Shown: positions 8,346 to 20,468 of the stretch, piece after piece
How the letters are laid out: the number at the start of each line of letters is the position of its first letter
Numbering within the stretch: position 1 is the first letter of the stretch
DNA from: Desulfosudaceae bacterium
GTDB taxonomy: Bacteria; Desulfobacterota; Desulfobacteria; Desulfobacterales; Desulfosudaceae
Direction: 5' to 3'
Length of the DNA: 64,000 bases
Assembly: GCA_963674745.2 (NCBI GenBank)
Contig: CAXXDV010000003.1
Location: forward strand, 2,592,001 to 2,656,000
Notes under the pieces: generated by a model
What the model saw: the letters and a program-made list of their open reading frames with translations, nothing else
Told to the model about the DNA's origin: nothing
Databases searched by the model: none
Made by a program: the position numbers and the translations under genes

Positions 8346-10342
8346 TTTACGGTCCTGCCTTTTTCGGCGGCCTGTTCTTTCGCATACGCCAGAACAGACA
8401 GATATTGCTGTTCCAACCCGGCGAATGTCCGTTTGTTAAAATCAATAACCGATCGCCGATTCTGAATGGCCCGCCACCCTTTTTCAAGAATATCAACCGC
8501 CTCATGCGGCCGCCCGGCAACCATCGCCACCCGGGCGGATTCCATGAACAGCATCAGGTCAAAACGCCGGGTCGGCCGGGCCATGACTTCTTTAAACACC
8601 GTTAAAGCGGGCTCCGTTTGATTCTGGCGCAACAGTGTCTGGCCGCAGAGCATCAGGGATAATGAATGTCGATCAGTTGCTTCCACCAGGCCGCGGGCAA
8701 CGGCCAGTGCCGCCTCCTGTTTCCCCGCCATTGACAACTCCGCAATCTGATTCTTGCAAAAATAATAATCCGGAACCGTCGGCAGGGGATGGTTCATCAT
8801 AAATGCCGTGTCTTTTTGATGGCCGTCATGACCGAATGTGTCTAGAAACGCCTTCAACCGGTATCTTTTGGTTACATCATGCATCAGGGCATATGATAAC
8901 GGCGGCTGGTCTAGGAGCGCCATCAGGCCGGCAAAGGTCTTTTGATAATTTTTTACCATCAGTCTCTTTTTAAGCCCGGCCGTCACCCCCATATGTCGCT
9001 CACATTCTATTTGAGACGGAACACGAACGGCAGGCTCACCGGTCAGATGCAATGCCAAACCTGGACAGATCTCGGCGGCAACCCGGTAACTGCCCTCTGC
9101 CGTAAAATGGACGATATCGGTAAAAAACGTCTCATCCGACAAGAAACCGAAAGGGCTTGCCTTTTTTATCGCTTCGGCCACATCAACCAGATAAATCGCG
9201 TCTTCTGAAGAGACGGCGGATATTTCGCGAACCACTCCGTTTAAGACGTCCAACCCCTCTGAATGGCCGGCGGAAAGCCGTCTTGCCCGACGGTAAAGGT
9301 CATCCGCTTTTTTCGGTCGGTCCAAAGCCCGGTAGCAGAACGCCATATGACACAGGGGGGCGGCAAATTGCGGAAAATAATTAAGGAATCGTTCATAGTA
9401 AAATATCGCAGCCGGATACTCTCCGGCACGTTCATAATCATACGCCTGGCGCACCAACGACAAATTGGCTTCGACCTCCTCAAAACGGGTATTTTTTGAA
9501 AACGGCTCGGCAGTGCACAAATTTTTCTGATTATGCGCATAAGTACATAAAAAAACAGGGACACCCTTTTCTTGACAAAGGGCTGCGATCTTATTCATGT
9601 TGTGCCGATAAACGGCCCTGACAGACGCCACCACCTCCGGTTTCAATGTTCGAAACGTGTTGAAATGTCGATAATCCTCCTGATTGACGAAACAATCGGG
9701 AATCTGCCGGATATATTCGCCGGCAACATCAACGGCCAACTGATATGTTTTCAGCCTTTTTATTGTATATATCGTTTCTTCAACCACAGATATTAACTTC
9801 GGGGAAAGCGGGCCCTTTTCCATGACGACGCCCCTCCCGAGATCGTTTCCGGCTTCGTAACAGACAACGGCATCCGGCTTGAGGAAAAGCGTGTCTTTTA
9901 AAATTCGGGCCATAGAGCCGGTGGTCAGAGAGGGGAAGGCCAGGCTGACAACGTCGATTTCACGTTCAGGAAACAGGATTTCCAGCATGGCTGCCAGGTA
10001 TCGGGCAAACCCGAGATCAGGTGCGAAATAGCCCCCGTATGCCGCCGATCCGCCCAGAACAAAAACACGAATAACCCCTTCCGGTTTGTTAACCGGCATA
10101 TTCAGAAACACTTCCCGGCTGGAATTGATCACACTCAGGCTCGTATACGGCAGCAGCGCGCAGAGATTCAGCACCGCCTTGTCTCCGGTTGCGGTCGACT
10201 TCCGGAGGGCATACGATGTGCTGTAGCCATAATCAAAAAACCGAAGCCCCAGCTCCAGTAATATAAAAAGCAGGACGGGCACAGAAAAGAAAATGATGGC
10301 TTTTTTTAATGTTTTCATGGCAGGCTGCCTGCTCCGCCTCAT
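8342..10342 (-). CDS. Membrane-anchored SGNH-like/TPR protein
   Basis: N-terminal TM (LLELGLRFFDYGY), LGGSAAYG, GND, DIVHF, TPR-like helices; ATGA overlap with the Sir2 gene. Confidence 0.75.
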   Translation of the reverse strand: MRRSRQPAMKTLKKAIIFFSVPVLLFILLELGLRFFDYGYSTSYALRKSTATGDKAVLNLCALLPYTSLSVINSSREVFLNMPVNKPEGVIRVFVLGGSAAYGGYFAPDLGFARYLAAMLEILFPEREIDVVSLAFPSLTTGSMARILKDTLFLKPDAVVCYEAGNDLGRGVVMEKGPLSPKLISVVEETIYTIKRLKTYQLAVDVAGEYIRQIPDCFVNQEDYRHFNTFRTLKPEVVASVRAVYRHNMNKIAALCQEKGVPVFLCTYAHNQKNLCTAEPFSKNTRFEEVEANLSLVRQAYDYERAGEYPAAIFYYERFLNYFPQFAAPLCHMAFCYRALDRPKKADDLYRRARRLSAGHSEGLDVLNGVVREISAVSSEDAIYLVDVAEAIKKASPFGFLSDETFFTDIVHFTAEGSYRVAAEICPGLALHLTGEPAVRVPSQIECERHMGVTAGLKKRLMVKNYQKTFAGLMALLDQPPLSYALMHDVTKRYRLKAFLDTFGHDGHQKDTAFMMNHPLPTVPDYYFCKNQIAELSMAGKQEAALAVARGLVEATDRHSLSLMLCGQTLLRQNQTEPALTVFKEVMARPTRRFDLMLFMESARVAMVAGRPHEAVDILEKGWRAIQNRRSVIDFNKRTFAGLEQQYLSVLAYAKEQAAEKGRTVK

Positions 10343-10424
10343 CGGTTAAGGCACTCAATGAGCGCACGATTTGATGAACCCAAAAATAAGCATTTTTTAA
10401 GACGGCCGTGTAAAAAGTTCAAGG

Positions 10425-11348
10425 TCAAGGCTTGCAGAAATATTTGCCCTGCCAGGAATCCCTGTCCGCCATTGTTTTCTGTATCGCGGCCAGTGTTTCT
10501 CTTTTCCGCATCGCCCAGAGCGGCGCGACCAGGTCGGCCGGGTGCGGATCACCGGTCAGGCGCTGGATGATCATATCTTCGGGCAGACGTTCTAAGACAT
10601 CACAAACCCGGTCCACGTATTCCTGCTGCTCCATACAGTGATAGGCGCCTTTGGCCAGCATCCCCACCAGGGGAGTGTTTTTAACCACATATAACAGGTG
10701 AATTTTCACCGCGTCGATTCCCAGGCGGCCGACAACTTCAGCGGTGTGCAGCATATCAGCGGCTGTTTCTCCGGGCAGTCCCAGAATGATGTGGGCGCAG
10801 ATTTTGACACCCCGGTTTTTCGTCATCTCAATCGCTTTTTCCACGCAGGCGAAATCGTGCCCCCTGTTGATCAGGGCCAGGGTTTTGTCCAGGGCTGACT
10901 GCACCCCGTACTCCAGCCAGATCAAGTAACGATCGGTATAATTCTCCAGGAGACCAAGCACATCCGGATTGACGCAATCCGGCCGCGTCCCCACCGACAG
11001 CCCGACGATATAATCTTCGGCCAGGGCTTCGTCATACAGCTTTTTCAACCGGTCCAGCGGCGCATAGGTATTGGTATAAGCCTGAAAATAAGCGATAAAT
11101 TTCGTCGCTTTATAACGGCGGGAAAGGACTTTACGACCGGCCCGCAACTGTTCGGTCACGGACAGCCCGGCCGCATGGGCACCGGTACCCGACCCACGGT
11201 TGTTGCAGAATATACACCCCGATCTGGACAATGTGCCGTCCCGATTGGGGCAGGCGAAGCCGGCGTCGATAGTGATCTTATGAACCCGGCATCCGAATAG
11301 GGATCGGAAATAGGTATTCAGATCATTATAGCGTTTACGCTCCGTCAT
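10425..11348 (-). CDS. TIGR01212/YhcC-family radical SAM protein
   Basis: DAGFACPNRDGT..GCIFC, YFQAYTNTYA, VGTRPDC, INRGHD, IQRLTGD. Confidence 0.92.
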   Translation of the reverse strand: MTERKRYNDLNTYFRSLFGCRVHKITIDAGFACPNRDGTLSRSGCIFCNNRGSGTGAHAAGLSVTEQLRAGRKVLSRRYKATKFIAYFQAYTNTYAPLDRLKKLYDEALAEDYIVGLSVGTRPDCVNPDVLGLLENYTDRYLIWLEYGVQSALDKTLALINRGHDFACVEKAIEMTKNRGVKICAHIILGLPGETAADMLHTAEVVGRLGIDAVKIHLLYVVKNTPLVGMLAKGAYHCMEQQEYVDRVCDVLERLPEDMIIQRLTGDPHPADLVAPLWAMRKRETLAAIQKTMADRDSWQGKYFCKP

Positions 11349-11407
11349 CTTCTTGACCTGATTCTAAAAGCCATATACTTTTATATAATAAATAATATGA
11401 AAATACC

Positions 11408-13288
11408 ATGACCACAGAAAATTATGACATCATTGTCATCGGTGCCGGCCATGCCGGTTGCGAAGCGGCCCTGGCAGCCGCCAGGATGGGTTGCGCCGTA
11501 CTGCTTCTGGCCATTGACCTGGATAAACTCGCCGTCATGCCATGCAGCCCCTCCATCGGCGGCATGGCCAAGGGACAGCTGGTCAAGGAGATCGACGCCC
11601 TGGGCGGTATGATGGCCCGGGTTGCGGACGCGACCGCCATTCAGTATAGAACCCTTAATACCCGCAAAGGCCCGGCGGTTCAGTCCACCCGTACCCAGAA
11701 CGACAAACACCGCTATCACGCGTTAATGAAATCGGCCGTAGAAAGCAGCCCGGGGATTGATCTCAAGCAGGCGCTGGTCACCCGCCTGGTCGTCGAAGGC
11801 GGAACCGTCACAGGCGCAATCGATCAGTCCGGTTACGCTTATTCAGCCAAAGTCGTGGTCATCGCCGCCGGCACCTTTCTGGGCGGGCGGGTCCATATCG
11901 GATCGGTATCTTATGACGCGGGCCGGGCCGGAGAATTCGCGTCGGTCGAGCTGGCCGGTCAACTGCGCGACATGGGCTTTACCACCGGTCGCATGAAAAC
12001 AGGAACGCCGCCCCGGCTTGACCGGGACAGCATTGATTTTTCAAAATTCGAAAAACAGCTTTCCGAAACCGCCCCCCGGCCCTTTTCGTTCTCGGGCCCC
12101 GGTCCGACCTTGCCCCGGGTCGCGACTTATCTCGGCCGCACCCGGCCGGAAAGCGTGGCCCTGGTCAAACGGCACCTCAAGGCGTCTTCTCTTTACGGCG
12201 GCTACATCACCGGCGTGCCGGCCCGTTATTGTCCCTCGTTTGAGGACAAGGTGGTCCGTTTTCCGGAGCGGGAAAATCACCATGTCATCCTCGAACAGGA
12301 AGGGCTGGAAACAAAGGAAATTTATGCCAGCGGCCTGGGCAACAGCCTGCCACTGGACATTCAGATCCGGTTCGTGCGATCAATCGAGGGGCTTGAGCAG
12401 GCGGTTATCATGCGTCCGGCCTATGCCATTGAATACGATTATCTCAACCCCCTCCAGCTCTTTCCTACCCTGGAGACCAAACTGGTGAGCGGTCTGTACC
12501 TGGCCGGTCAGGTCAACGGCACTTCCGGTTACGAGGAGGCTGCCGCCCAGGGACTGTGGGCCGGCGTCAACGCGGCCTGCAAAATCCAGAAACGGCCGCC
12601 GTTTATACTGGACCGGTCCCAGGCATACATGGGCGTTATGATTGACGACCTGGTGACCAAAGGCACCATTGAGCCCTACCGCATGTTTACCTCCCGGGCG
12701 GAATACCGCCTGATCCTGCGCGAAGATAATGCCGATATCCGCCTGGCGGCAATCGGTCATAAACTGGGGCTGGTAACCACCGAAAGCCTGGAACGGATCA
12801 ATGAAAACATCAAATCAATTGAAAAAGAGATCCGCCGTGTCCGCAAATCCCTGGTTAAGCCTACCGATGAGACCAACCGGCATCTCGCGACCAGGCATGT
12901 CCCACCGCTGAAAGGCAGTGTCACCGCGGAGCAACTGCTCAAACGCTCGGAACTGACCTATGCCGACATCCGGGTTCTGGCGCCACCGCCGGAACCGATT
13001 CCGGACGACATCACACGGCAGGTCGAAATCGAAATCAAATATGAAGGTTATATCGACCGTCAGCAACGGGAAATTGAAAAATTCCGTAACCTGGAGAAGC
13101 AGAAGATACCGGACGGCTTTGACTATTCCGTCGTTCCGGGCCTGTCCGGCGAATTAAAAGAAAAACTGTCGGCTGTCCGTCCGGCATCACTGGGGCAGGC
13201 ATCGCGCCTGGACGGTATGACACCGGCAGCCATGTCGGTGCTGATGGTTGCCCTCAAGGCCGCAACAAGCAAAGGAAAATCATCATGA
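11408..13288 (+). CDS. mnmG: tRNA uridine 5-carboxymethylaminomethyl modification enzyme MnmG (GidA)
   Basis: [58 protein letters not shown]. Confidence 0.98.
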   Translation: MTTENYDIIVIGAGHAGCEAALAAARMGCAVLLLAIDLDKLAVMPCSPSIGGMAKGQLVKEIDALGGMMARVADATAIQYRTLNTRKGPAVQSTRTQNDKHRYHALMKSAVESSPGIDLKQALVTRLVVEGGTVTGAIDQSGYAYSAKVVVIAAGTFLGGRVHIGSVSYDAGRAGEFASVELAGQLRDMGFTTGRMKTGTPPRLDRDSIDFSKFEKQLSETAPRPFSFSGPGPTLPRVATYLGRTRPESVALVKRHLKASSLYGGYITGVPARYCPSFEDKVVRFPERENHHVILEQEGLETKEIYASGLGNSLPLDIQIRFVRSIEGLEQAVIMRPAYAIEYDYLNPLQLFPTLETKLVSGLYLAGQVNGTSGYEEAAAQGLWAGVNAACKIQKRPPFILDRSQAYMGVMIDDLVTKGTIEPYRMFTSRAEYRLILREDNADIRLAAIGHKLGLVTTESLERINENIKSIEKEIRRVRKSLVKPTDETNRHLATRHVPPLKGSVTAEQLLKRSELTYADIRVLAPPPEPIPDDITRQVEIEIKYEGYIDRQQREIEKFRNLEKQKIPDGFDYSVVPGLSGELKEKLSAVRPASLGQASRLDGMTPAAMSVLMVALKAATSKGKSS

Positions 13289-14322
13289 ACCGGATACTCG
13301 TGCTCAGGCGGCACACGCTCAACATACCGTTAATACTGTTAATAACACTTTTTTTCTTCAACAGCGCCTTTGCCGGGGATACGGTTTTTCAAGAAAAACT
13401 CGGCCTGATTAAAGCTAAAAACTTAAAACACTATAAATTCTCAGGCAAATCCGACCTGGCAGACCGGATCAAAACAGCCCCTGACTTTGTGCTCGCATAT
13501 TGGAGTAAACAGGACGACCGGTCATACACCGCCTACAACCTGTCCGAAGATGATCTCCGGCTTACGCGGCAGTGCCTGGCACTTCTCCCGGGAACATATA
13601 AAACCATTTTAAAAGAGCGGCTTATCGGCATCTATTTTGTAGAGGACTTCCTCGGCAGCGGGCTGGCCGACTATGTCGTGGATGAAAATGATAGGATCTA
13701 CACTATACTGATGTTCAATCCCGCCGTTCTGAAAAAGGACCTGTCGGAACTGGTGACCGAAAAAGAGCGCACCTGCTTTATTCCCGACCGTCCCGGCACC
13801 TCGATTTCCATCACGCTGGATGACACCTTGCCCGGCCTTATTTATATCCTGCTGCATGAAGCCACTCACATTGTCGATTACATCAATCGCTACACCCCTT
13901 ATGTGGAACCGGACATGATCAAAATTCAGGGCAAAAACGTCAACCAGACGGCTTTCACCGACGGGGTCTGGAGCGATTATAACCGGTTCAAGGATACGAT
14001 GGATTTTAAATATAAGGACCGGGTGACCTTCTACGGGATGAACCAGGGGCCGAAAATCAACATATCAAATGCAGATGACGTCTACCGGGCTCTGGAAGCT
14101 GTTCCGGTGGCATCCATATACAGTACCTTCAACTGGGCGGAAGATTTTGCCGAATACATGACCTTCTATTATTTAACCCGAAGGCTTAAAACAGACTACA
14201 CCATCACGGTGTCGGCTAACGACAAAGTTCTCTATCAATATCAGCCATTTGCTAAAAAACAGGTGGTTGATCGGGCAGGGCAGCTGCCCTCGCTGCTTCG
14301 GCAGGGATCTGATCCGGAGTAA
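13285..14322 (+). CDS. Secreted putative zinc metallopeptidase (HExxH)
   Basis: Signal peptide (AFA), LLHEATH and a downstream AEDFAE motif; ATGA overlap with mnmG. Confidence 0.7.
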   Translation: MNRILVLRRHTLNIPLILLITLFFFNSAFAGDTVFQEKLGLIKAKNLKHYKFSGKSDLADRIKTAPDFVLAYWSKQDDRSYTAYNLSEDDLRLTRQCLALLPGTYKTILKERLIGIYFVEDFLGSGLADYVVDENDRIYTILMFNPAVLKKDLSELVTEKERTCFIPDRPGTSISITLDDTLPGLIYILLHEATHIVDYINRYTPYVEPDMIKIQGKNVNQTAFTDGVWSDYNRFKDTMDFKYKDRVTFYGMNQGPKINISNADDVYRALEAVPVASIYSTFNWAEDFAEYMTFYYLTRRLKTDYTITVSANDKVLYQYQPFAKKQVVDRAGQLPSLLRQGSDPE

Positions 14323-14340
14323 AATCTTTTTAATTTTTTC

Positions 14341-14368
14341 TTGACATATAAAAAATTGAGAATATTAT
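14341..14368 (+). promoter_or_regulatory. Sigma70-type promoter of rplM-rpsI
   Basis: TTGACA-16 nt-TATTAT with an AT-rich upstream element. Confidence 0.55.
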
Positions 14369-14403
14369 TGCAAGATTATATCGATACTAGGAGCAAGAAG
14401 GTT

Positions 14404-14838
14404 ATGAAAAAATATACATACAGCGCAAAAACGACGGATAACGAAAACAAGTGGTACGTGATCGACGCGGAAGGGCGCGTACTGGGAAGAATGGCCACGG
14501 AAATCGCCCGCCGCCTGAGGGGAAAACACAACCCCCTGTTCACGCCGCATGCGGATACCGGGGATGCGATTATTGTCGTTAACGCGGAAAAAATTGTTCT
14601 TACCGGCCGCAAGTGGGACGATAAAATGTATCACCATCACAGCGGATACATGGGTGGCTTAAAATCCATTACCGCCAAACAGCTTCATGAAAAACAGCCG
14701 GAAGAGCTGGTGATTCACGCTGTCAGAGGGATGCTGCCCAAAAACCGCCTGGGAAGAGACCTGCTGAAAAAATTACGGGTCTACGTCGGGCCGGATCATC
14801 CCCATGAAGCGCAACAACCCCAACCGCTTGAAATTTAA
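14404..14838 (+). CDS. rplM: 50S ribosomal protein L13
   Basis: [35 protein letters not shown]. Confidence 0.98.
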   Translation: MKKYTYSAKTTDNENKWYVIDAEGRVLGRMATEIARRLRGKHNPLFTPHADTGDAIIVVNAEKIVLTGRKWDDKMYHHHSGYMGGLKSITAKQLHEKQPEELVIHAVRGMLPKNRLGRDLLKKLRVYVGPDHPHEAQQPQPLEI

Positions 14839-14865
14839 TTTAAAACTTTTCTTATCGAGGAAACG

Positions 14866-15258
14866 ATGGAAGAAAACATAATTTACGCAACAGGAAAAAG
14901 AAAGACCGCCATTGCGCGTGCCTGGTTGAAACCCGGAAGCGGGAAAATCACCGTTAACGACAAAGAAGCCGATGATTATTTTACCACGCTTATGGTGCGA
15001 AACCTTCTCCGCTCCCCGCTGACGTTCACCGAAACAGCCGACAAATTCGATATTAAACTGAAGATCACCGGCGGTGGTATGACCGGTCAGGCCGGTGCGG
15101 CCAGACACGCCCTCAGCAAGGCGCTGACCCTGTTTCAGGCAGATCTGCGTCAGCCGCTGAAGGCCGCCGGGTTTCTGAAGCGGGACGCCCGTATAAAAGA
15201 ACGAAAAAAATACGGTCAGCGCGGTGCCCGGGCCAACTACCAGTTCTCAAAACGTTAA
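14866..15258 (+). CDS. rpsI: 30S ribosomal protein S9
   Basis: TGKRKTAIAR, GGGMTGQAGA, ERKKYG...QFSKR. Confidence 0.98.
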   Translation: MEENIIYATGKRKTAIARAWLKPGSGKITVNDKEADDYFTTLMVRNLLRSPLTFTETADKFDIKLKITGGGMTGQAGAARHALSKALTLFQADLRQPLKAAGFLKRDARIKERKKYGQRGARANYQFSKR

Positions 15259-15282
15259 TTTTTCTTCTCCACAGACTGATTC

Positions 15283-15318
15283 AAAGGGCGACGGCTTCGG
15301 GCCATCGCCCTTTTTTTT
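15283..15318 (+). terminator. Rho-independent terminator after rpsI
   Basis: aaagggcga...tcgccc followed by T8. Confidence 0.85.
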
Positions 15319-15491
15319 ATGGCCCCTGGTTCCCGCTTTACCGGCGACACTTCTTTCTTGAATCGCCACCCGAATTACGTTACAAAAACAGAGTCTAAGC
15401 AAAGGCTCGTCAGAAGCTCAATTTCGGCCTTGCGTCCCGCCTCTCGTTAAGGCGGCGGCGCTGATTTCACAATGGGGGAACAACCAACGGA

Positions 15492-16511
15492 ATGACCGCA
15501 TACTTTCTCAGGCGCCTGCTGCTTATTCTTCCGACGTTTATCGGTGTGACCATTATGGTCTTCTGTATTACCCGTTTTGTTCCCGGCGGTCCGGTGGAAC
15601 GAATGATTGCCGAATCCTACCGCATGCAAAGCATGTCCGGTACACCCGGTCAACAAAATGGCAACCAACCCCTGTCCGAAGAACAGATCAATTACCTGAA
15701 ACAATATTACGGCTTTGATAAACCTGTTCTGGTGGCCTATTTTCTCTGGCTGGGGAAAGTGCTCACCGGTGATCTGGGCACGTCCACCCGGTATTATGAC
15801 CCGGTATGGGACATGATCAGCGAACGGATTCCCATCTCCCTTTATTTCGGCATCCTGTCACTGATACTGATTTACGGTGTCTGTATCCCGCTGGGCATGG
15901 CCAAGGCCATCCGCCACAAAACCGGCTTTGACAACATTTCGTCTATTGCCGTGTTTACCGGTTATGCCATTCCCGGGTGGGTGCTGGGGATTTTGCTGCT
16001 GCTGCTGTTCGCCTCCCGCTGGGGCATTCTCCCCCTGGGCGGCCTGACGGACTATGGCTTCAAAGACCTGTCCCTGGCGGGTAAACTTATCGATATCATA
16101 CGGCACACGATCCTGCCCCTGATCGCTTATGTCATCGGCTCGTTTGCCGTGATGACCTTTCTGATGAAAAACACGCTCATGGACAACCTCTCGGCCGACT
16201 ACGTTCGTACCGCCATTGCCAAGGGGCTTTCATTCAAACAGGCGGTTTTCAGTCATGCGTTGAGAAACAGCCTCATCCCTATTGCCACCAGCTTCGGGAA
16301 CAACATCTCGATTATCCTGACCGGATCGTTCCTCATCGAAAGTGTTTTCAACATCAACGGCATGGGGCTGTTGGGTTATGAATCCGTGCTGGAACGCGAT
16401 TACCCGGTCGTCATGGGCATCCTGGTTATTTCTTCGTTGTTGTTTATGATCGGTAATATCCTGTCTGATATCTGTGTCGCTGTTGTCGATCCAAGGGTAC
16501 GCTTTCAATGA
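15492..16511 (+). CDS. Peptide ABC transporter permease (YejB/OppB-like)
   Basis: RFVPGGPVE, YGFDKP, DYVRTAIAKGL, HALRNSLIP, ERDYPVVMG. Confidence 0.92.
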   Translation: MTAYFLRRLLLILPTFIGVTIMVFCITRFVPGGPVERMIAESYRMQSMSGTPGQQNGNQPLSEEQINYLKQYYGFDKPVLVAYFLWLGKVLTGDLGTSTRYYDPVWDMISERIPISLYFGILSLILIYGVCIPLGMAKAIRHKTGFDNISSIAVFTGYAIPGWVLGILLLLLFASRWGILPLGGLTDYGFKDLSLAGKLIDIIRHTILPLIAYVIGSFAVMTFLMKNTLMDNLSADYVRTAIAKGLSFKQAVFSHALRNSLIPIATSFGNNISIILTGSFLIESVFNINGMGLLGYESVLERDYPVVMGILVISSLLFMIGNILSDICVAVVDPRVRFQ

Positions 16512-17554
16512 TTAGCATCAGCCCCCTGACCCAAAAAAAAGTCAAACGATTCAAGTCCATCCGACGCGGTTACGGATCGCTTATCCTGTTTTGCGCCCTG
16601 GTTGCCCTGTCCCTGGCGGCCGAACTGTTGATCAGCAACCGGGCCATTATCGTCCATTACCAGGGAGACTTTTATTTTCCCACCTACGGCAACATCATCC
16701 CCGGCACAACTTTCGATCTGGACTATGCGTATGAAACCAACTACCGGGAACTGGCCCGGCGCCTTGAAACGGAAGCGTCCGGCAACTGGGTGCTGATGCC
16801 GCCCGTTCCCTACAACCCTTATGAGAATGACTTCATGGAGGGGAAATACCCGCCGTCTCCGCCTTCGTTTTCCCGAAAGCATTACCTGGGCACCGACACC
16901 TCGGGACGGGACGTGCTGGCCAGGCTAGTCTACGGTTTCAGGATCGCCGTATTTTTTTCATTTGCACTGCTGATCGTGACCTATACCATCGGCGTGGCCC
17001 TGGGAAGCGCCATGGGTTACTGGGGCGGGAAATTCGACCTGTTTGTCCAGCGGCTTATCGAGATATGGAGTAATATGCCCCTTTTGTATGTGATTATCAT
17101 TATTTCGTCGGTGGTGGTGCCCAGTTTTTTCATTCTGCTGATCATCATGGTGGTCTTCGGGTGGGCTTCCCGGACCTGGATCATGCGTACCGTAACCTAC
17201 AAGGAAAAGGAGCGGGAATATGTGCTGGCCGCCCGTTCCCTGGGCGCGTCCGATACAAGGATCATCTTTTTTCATATTATTCCCAATACCATCTCGATTA
17301 TCGTGACCTTTGCGCCTTTTTCCGTGGCCGAAGGGGTCATCGCCCTGACATCCCTTGATTATCTCGGATTCGGCCTGCCCTCGCCCACCCCCAGCTGGGG
17401 AGAGCTGCTGCATCAGGGCTGGTCCAACCTGAGTGCCTGGTGGATCGTCTGTTCGGTCGTGGTGGCCATGATTGTCACCCTTACCCTGGTTACGTTTATC
17501 GGTGAAGCGGTGCGGGAAGCCTTTGATCCGAGGATGCATACGGTTTATGAATAA
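16508..17554 (+). CDS. Peptide ABC transporter permease (YejE/OppC-like)
   Basis: LGTDTSGRDVLARLVYGFR, EYVLAARSLGA, GEAVREAFDPR. Confidence 0.92.
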   Translation: MISISPLTQKKVKRFKSIRRGYGSLILFCALVALSLAAELLISNRAIIVHYQGDFYFPTYGNIIPGTTFDLDYAYETNYRELARRLETEASGNWVLMPPVPYNPYENDFMEGKYPPSPPSFSRKHYLGTDTSGRDVLARLVYGFRIAVFFSFALLIVTYTIGVALGSAMGYWGGKFDLFVQRLIEIWSNMPLLYVIIIISSVVVPSFFILLIIMVVFGWASRTWIMRTVTYKEKEREYVLAARSLGASDTRIIFFHIIPNTISIIVTFAPFSVAEGVIALTSLDYLGFGLPSPTPSWGELLHQGWSNLSAWWIVCSVVVAMIVTLTLVTFIGEAVREAFDPRMHTVYE

Positions 17555-17577
17555 AAAATGAAAGGGGCAACGGACAT

Positions 17578-19467
17578 ATGCAAAAAACAAAAAGACTTTT
17601 AATCATCCTTCTGGCTTTCTTGATGACCCTGACGGTGGCCTGTTCATCGGACAAGGATAAAAACAAGACTGAAAAGGCCGAACCATTGCTGGTCGTCAAC
17701 CCGCCTTTTAAGGCGCCGGTTTCCGAAACCGGACCGCCGGAAAATATCAAGTGGATAACCAATGAAAGCGATCCGGTTTACGCTTCACCGGAGGCGGTAA
17801 CGGGCGGGACCCTGCGCCTGGCCATCACCGATTTTCCCTTGACGTTCAGGGTTGTCGGTCCGGATTCCAACAGCAGTTTCCGGAGTGCCATTCTTGACAA
17901 CCAGCTGTCGCTGGTTTCCGTTCACCCCAATACGGAAAATATCGTACCGGAAATCGCCACCCACTGGGCCTTTGGCGACGACAAGAAGACCATGTATTTC
18001 AAGCTTAACCCGAATGCCCGGTGGTCGGACGGCGTGCCGGTGACCGCCCATGATTTTGCCTATACCCTTGAGTTCATGCGTTCAAAACATATCGTCGCAC
18101 CCTGGTATAACGATTACTATACCAAAGAAATTGACCGGGTCATCGTGTATGACGATCACACCCTGGCGGTTATGGCCACCAAGGCCCAGCCGGATCTTCA
18201 TTTACGGGTGGCGCTGGCCCCGACACCCGCCCATTTTTATGGAACGCTGAACGACCGTTTTGTCCAGGACTACAACTGGAAAGTCACACCCAATACCGGC
18301 CCCTATCAGATATCCGATTTTCAGAAAGGCAAATATATCGAGTTTACCCGGAAAAATGACTGGTGGGGCAAGGATCTGCATTATTTTAAAAACCGGTTTA
18401 ACGTCGACCATGTCGTCTATACCGTCATCCGGGACTACAGCATGTTATGGGAGTATTTTAAAAAGGCCCGGGTCGATGTATTCGGCATCACCATCCCCGA
18501 TTACTGGTATAACAAGACCGACACACCGATTGTGAACAACGGCTACGTCCATAAAATCTGGTTTTTCAACGACACCCAGCGCTCCGCGTCCGGCATATGG
18601 CTGAACCAGGACAATTCCCTTTTTGCCGACAAAAACGTCCGTTACGCTTTCGCCCACGCCATGAATATCGAAAAAGTTATCAAAACGGTTTTAAGAGGCG
18701 ACTATTTCCGACTGGAACAGGGTTTTGTGGGTTACGGGGCCTACACCAACAATGACATCAAGGCCAGACGATACGACCTTGAAAAAGTCGAGCAGTACAT
18801 GAAACAGGCCGGCTGGGAACGGGGCGCCGACGGTATCTGGGAAAAAGGGGAGACCCGTTTTTCGGTAAACGTCACCTACACGCATGAAGAGCACACTTCC
18901 AGGCTGGTGGTGTTGAAAGAGGAGGCCAAAAAAGCCGGTATAGAGCTGAACCTGCGGCGACTGGATCCGGCCGCGGCCTTCAAACAGATCCTGGAGAAAA
19001 AACATGATGCGGCCTGGATGGGGTGGAGCACATCCCTGCGTCCGCAGTACTGGGAGCATTTCCATTCCGTGAACGCTCACAAGCCGCAGACCAACAATAT
19101 CACCAACACCGATGACCCGGAAATGGACCGTTTGATTGATGCCTATCGCAACAGTCTTGACGAAAAAGAACGGGAGGCCCTGTCAAGACAGATCCAGGCC
19201 AAGGTGCACGATATCGGCTGTTTCGTACCGACCTTCATGGTGCCTTACGTACGGCAGGCCTGCTGGCGCTGGTGGCGCCTGCCTGAACCGCCGGGCACCA
19301 GGCATAGCGAAGACCTGTTTAACCCTTTCAGCAGCATCACCGGCGGGCTGTTCTGGTTTGACCAGGCGCTTTACGATCAGACCCAGGCAGCCATGGAAAA
19401 CGGCACCACCTTTCCGCCCGTGACCGAAATTGATAAAACCTATTTAACCGGCCGGGATAATCCATGA
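17578..19467 (+). CDS. Peptide ABC transporter substrate-binding lipoprotein (YejA-like, family 5)
   Basis: Lipobox [21 protein letters not shown]. Confidence 0.9.
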   Translation: MQKTKRLLIILLAFLMTLTVACSSDKDKNKTEKAEPLLVVNPPFKAPVSETGPPENIKWITNESDPVYASPEAVTGGTLRLAITDFPLTFRVVGPDSNSSFRSAILDNQLSLVSVHPNTENIVPEIATHWAFGDDKKTMYFKLNPNARWSDGVPVTAHDFAYTLEFMRSKHIVAPWYNDYYTKEIDRVIVYDDHTLAVMATKAQPDLHLRVALAPTPAHFYGTLNDRFVQDYNWKVTPNTGPYQISDFQKGKYIEFTRKNDWWGKDLHYFKNRFNVDHVVYTVIRDYSMLWEYFKKARVDVFGITIPDYWYNKTDTPIVNNGYVHKIWFFNDTQRSASGIWLNQDNSLFADKNVRYAFAHAMNIEKVIKTVLRGDYFRLEQGFVGYGAYTNNDIKARRYDLEKVEQYMKQAGWERGADGIWEKGETRFSVNVTYTHEEHTSRLVVLKEEAKKAGIELNLRRLDPAAAFKQILEKKHDAAWMGWSTSLRPQYWEHFHSVNAHKPQTNNITNTDDPEMDRLIDAYRNSLDEKEREALSRQIQAKVHDIGCFVPTFMVPYVRQACWRWWRLPEPPGTRHSEDLFNPFSSITGGLFWFDQALYDQTQAAMENGTTFPPVTEIDKTYLTGRDNP

Positions 19468-20468
19468 CCGAAAAAAACCTTCTGACGGTTGAAGACCTGA
19501 CCACTTCGTTCACCACCGAGGCCGGTCGCCTGCCGGCCGTGGAGAATGTCTCTTTTGGCATTAAACGGGGTGAAGCACTGGGACTGGTGGGCGAGTCCGG
19601 TTGCGGCAAGAGCGTAACCGCCCTGTCGATCATGCGGCTTCTCCCCAGGCCTGCGGGGCGCATCGACCATGGCCGGGTTCTGCTTGAAGAAACGGATCTG
19701 ATCAGCCTTACCGCCGAACGGATGCGGTCCATCCGGGGCAGCCGGGTGGCCATGATATTCCAGGAGCCCATGACCGCCTTAAACCCGGTTCACGCCGTCG
19801 GGAAACAGCTGCGGGAAGCCCTCCGGCTCCATGAACACATTACCAACCGGCAACAGGGCGATACCAAAAGCGTTGAACTGCTCAAACAGGTGGGTATTCC
19901 GGACCCCGCCAGGCGGTTAAAAGAGTATCCTCACCAGATTTCCGGGGGTATGCGTCAGCGAGTGATGATCGCCATGGCTCTGGCCTGTGATCCCGACCTG
20001 CTCATCGCCGACGAGCCCACGACCGCCCTGGACGTCACCATCCAGGCCCAGATCCTGGACCTGATCAAACATTTGCAGGAGAAAAGGGGGCTATCGATCC
20101 TCCTGATCACTCACGATCTGGGGGTTGTGGCTGAAACCTGCGACCGGGTATGCGTCATGTATGCCGGCCGGATCGTAGAAACCGCAGACGTCAAAACCCT
20201 TTTCTCCGGACCGGCCCATCCTTATACCCGGGGGTTGCTGTCTTCCATCCCCCGCCTGGACAACAAAAGAAAAACCCGGCTGGCCGTCATCCCCGGCATG
20301 GTCCCTTCCCTTTCCGAACTGCCGCCGGGATGCCGGTTTCAGAACCGGTGCCGACTGGCACAGGACATCTGCCGCACCAGCGAACCACCGTTATTAACCA
20401 TCAGTGAAGGCCACGCGGCCGCCTGTCATTTTGCCGAACCAGAGAAAGGCCAGCATGCAACCGGTTAA
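19464..20468 (+). CDS. Peptide ABC transporter ATPase (OppD/DppD-like)
   Basis: [24 protein letters not shown]-terminal GCRFQNRC. Confidence 0.95.
   Translation: MTEKNLLTVEDLTTSFTTEAGRLPAVENVSFGIKRGEALGLVGESGCGKSVTALSIMRLLPRPAGRIDHGRVLLEETDLISLTAERMRSIRGSRVAMIFQEPMTALNPVHAVGKQLREALRLHEHITNRQQGDTKSVELLKQVGIPDPARRLKEYPHQISGGMRQRVMIAMALACDPDLLIADEPTTALDVTIQAQILDLIKHLQEKRGLSILLITHDLGVVAETCDRVCVMYAGRIVETADVKTLFSGPAHPYTRGLLSSIPRLDNKRKTRLAVIPGMVPSLSELPPGCRFQNRCRLAQDICRTSEPPLLTISEGHAAACHFAEPEKGQHATG

Noticed and set aside
15390..15470. Riboswitch upstream of the peptide ABC operon
   Set aside because: Only a single GC hairpin; no recognisable aptamer consensus.
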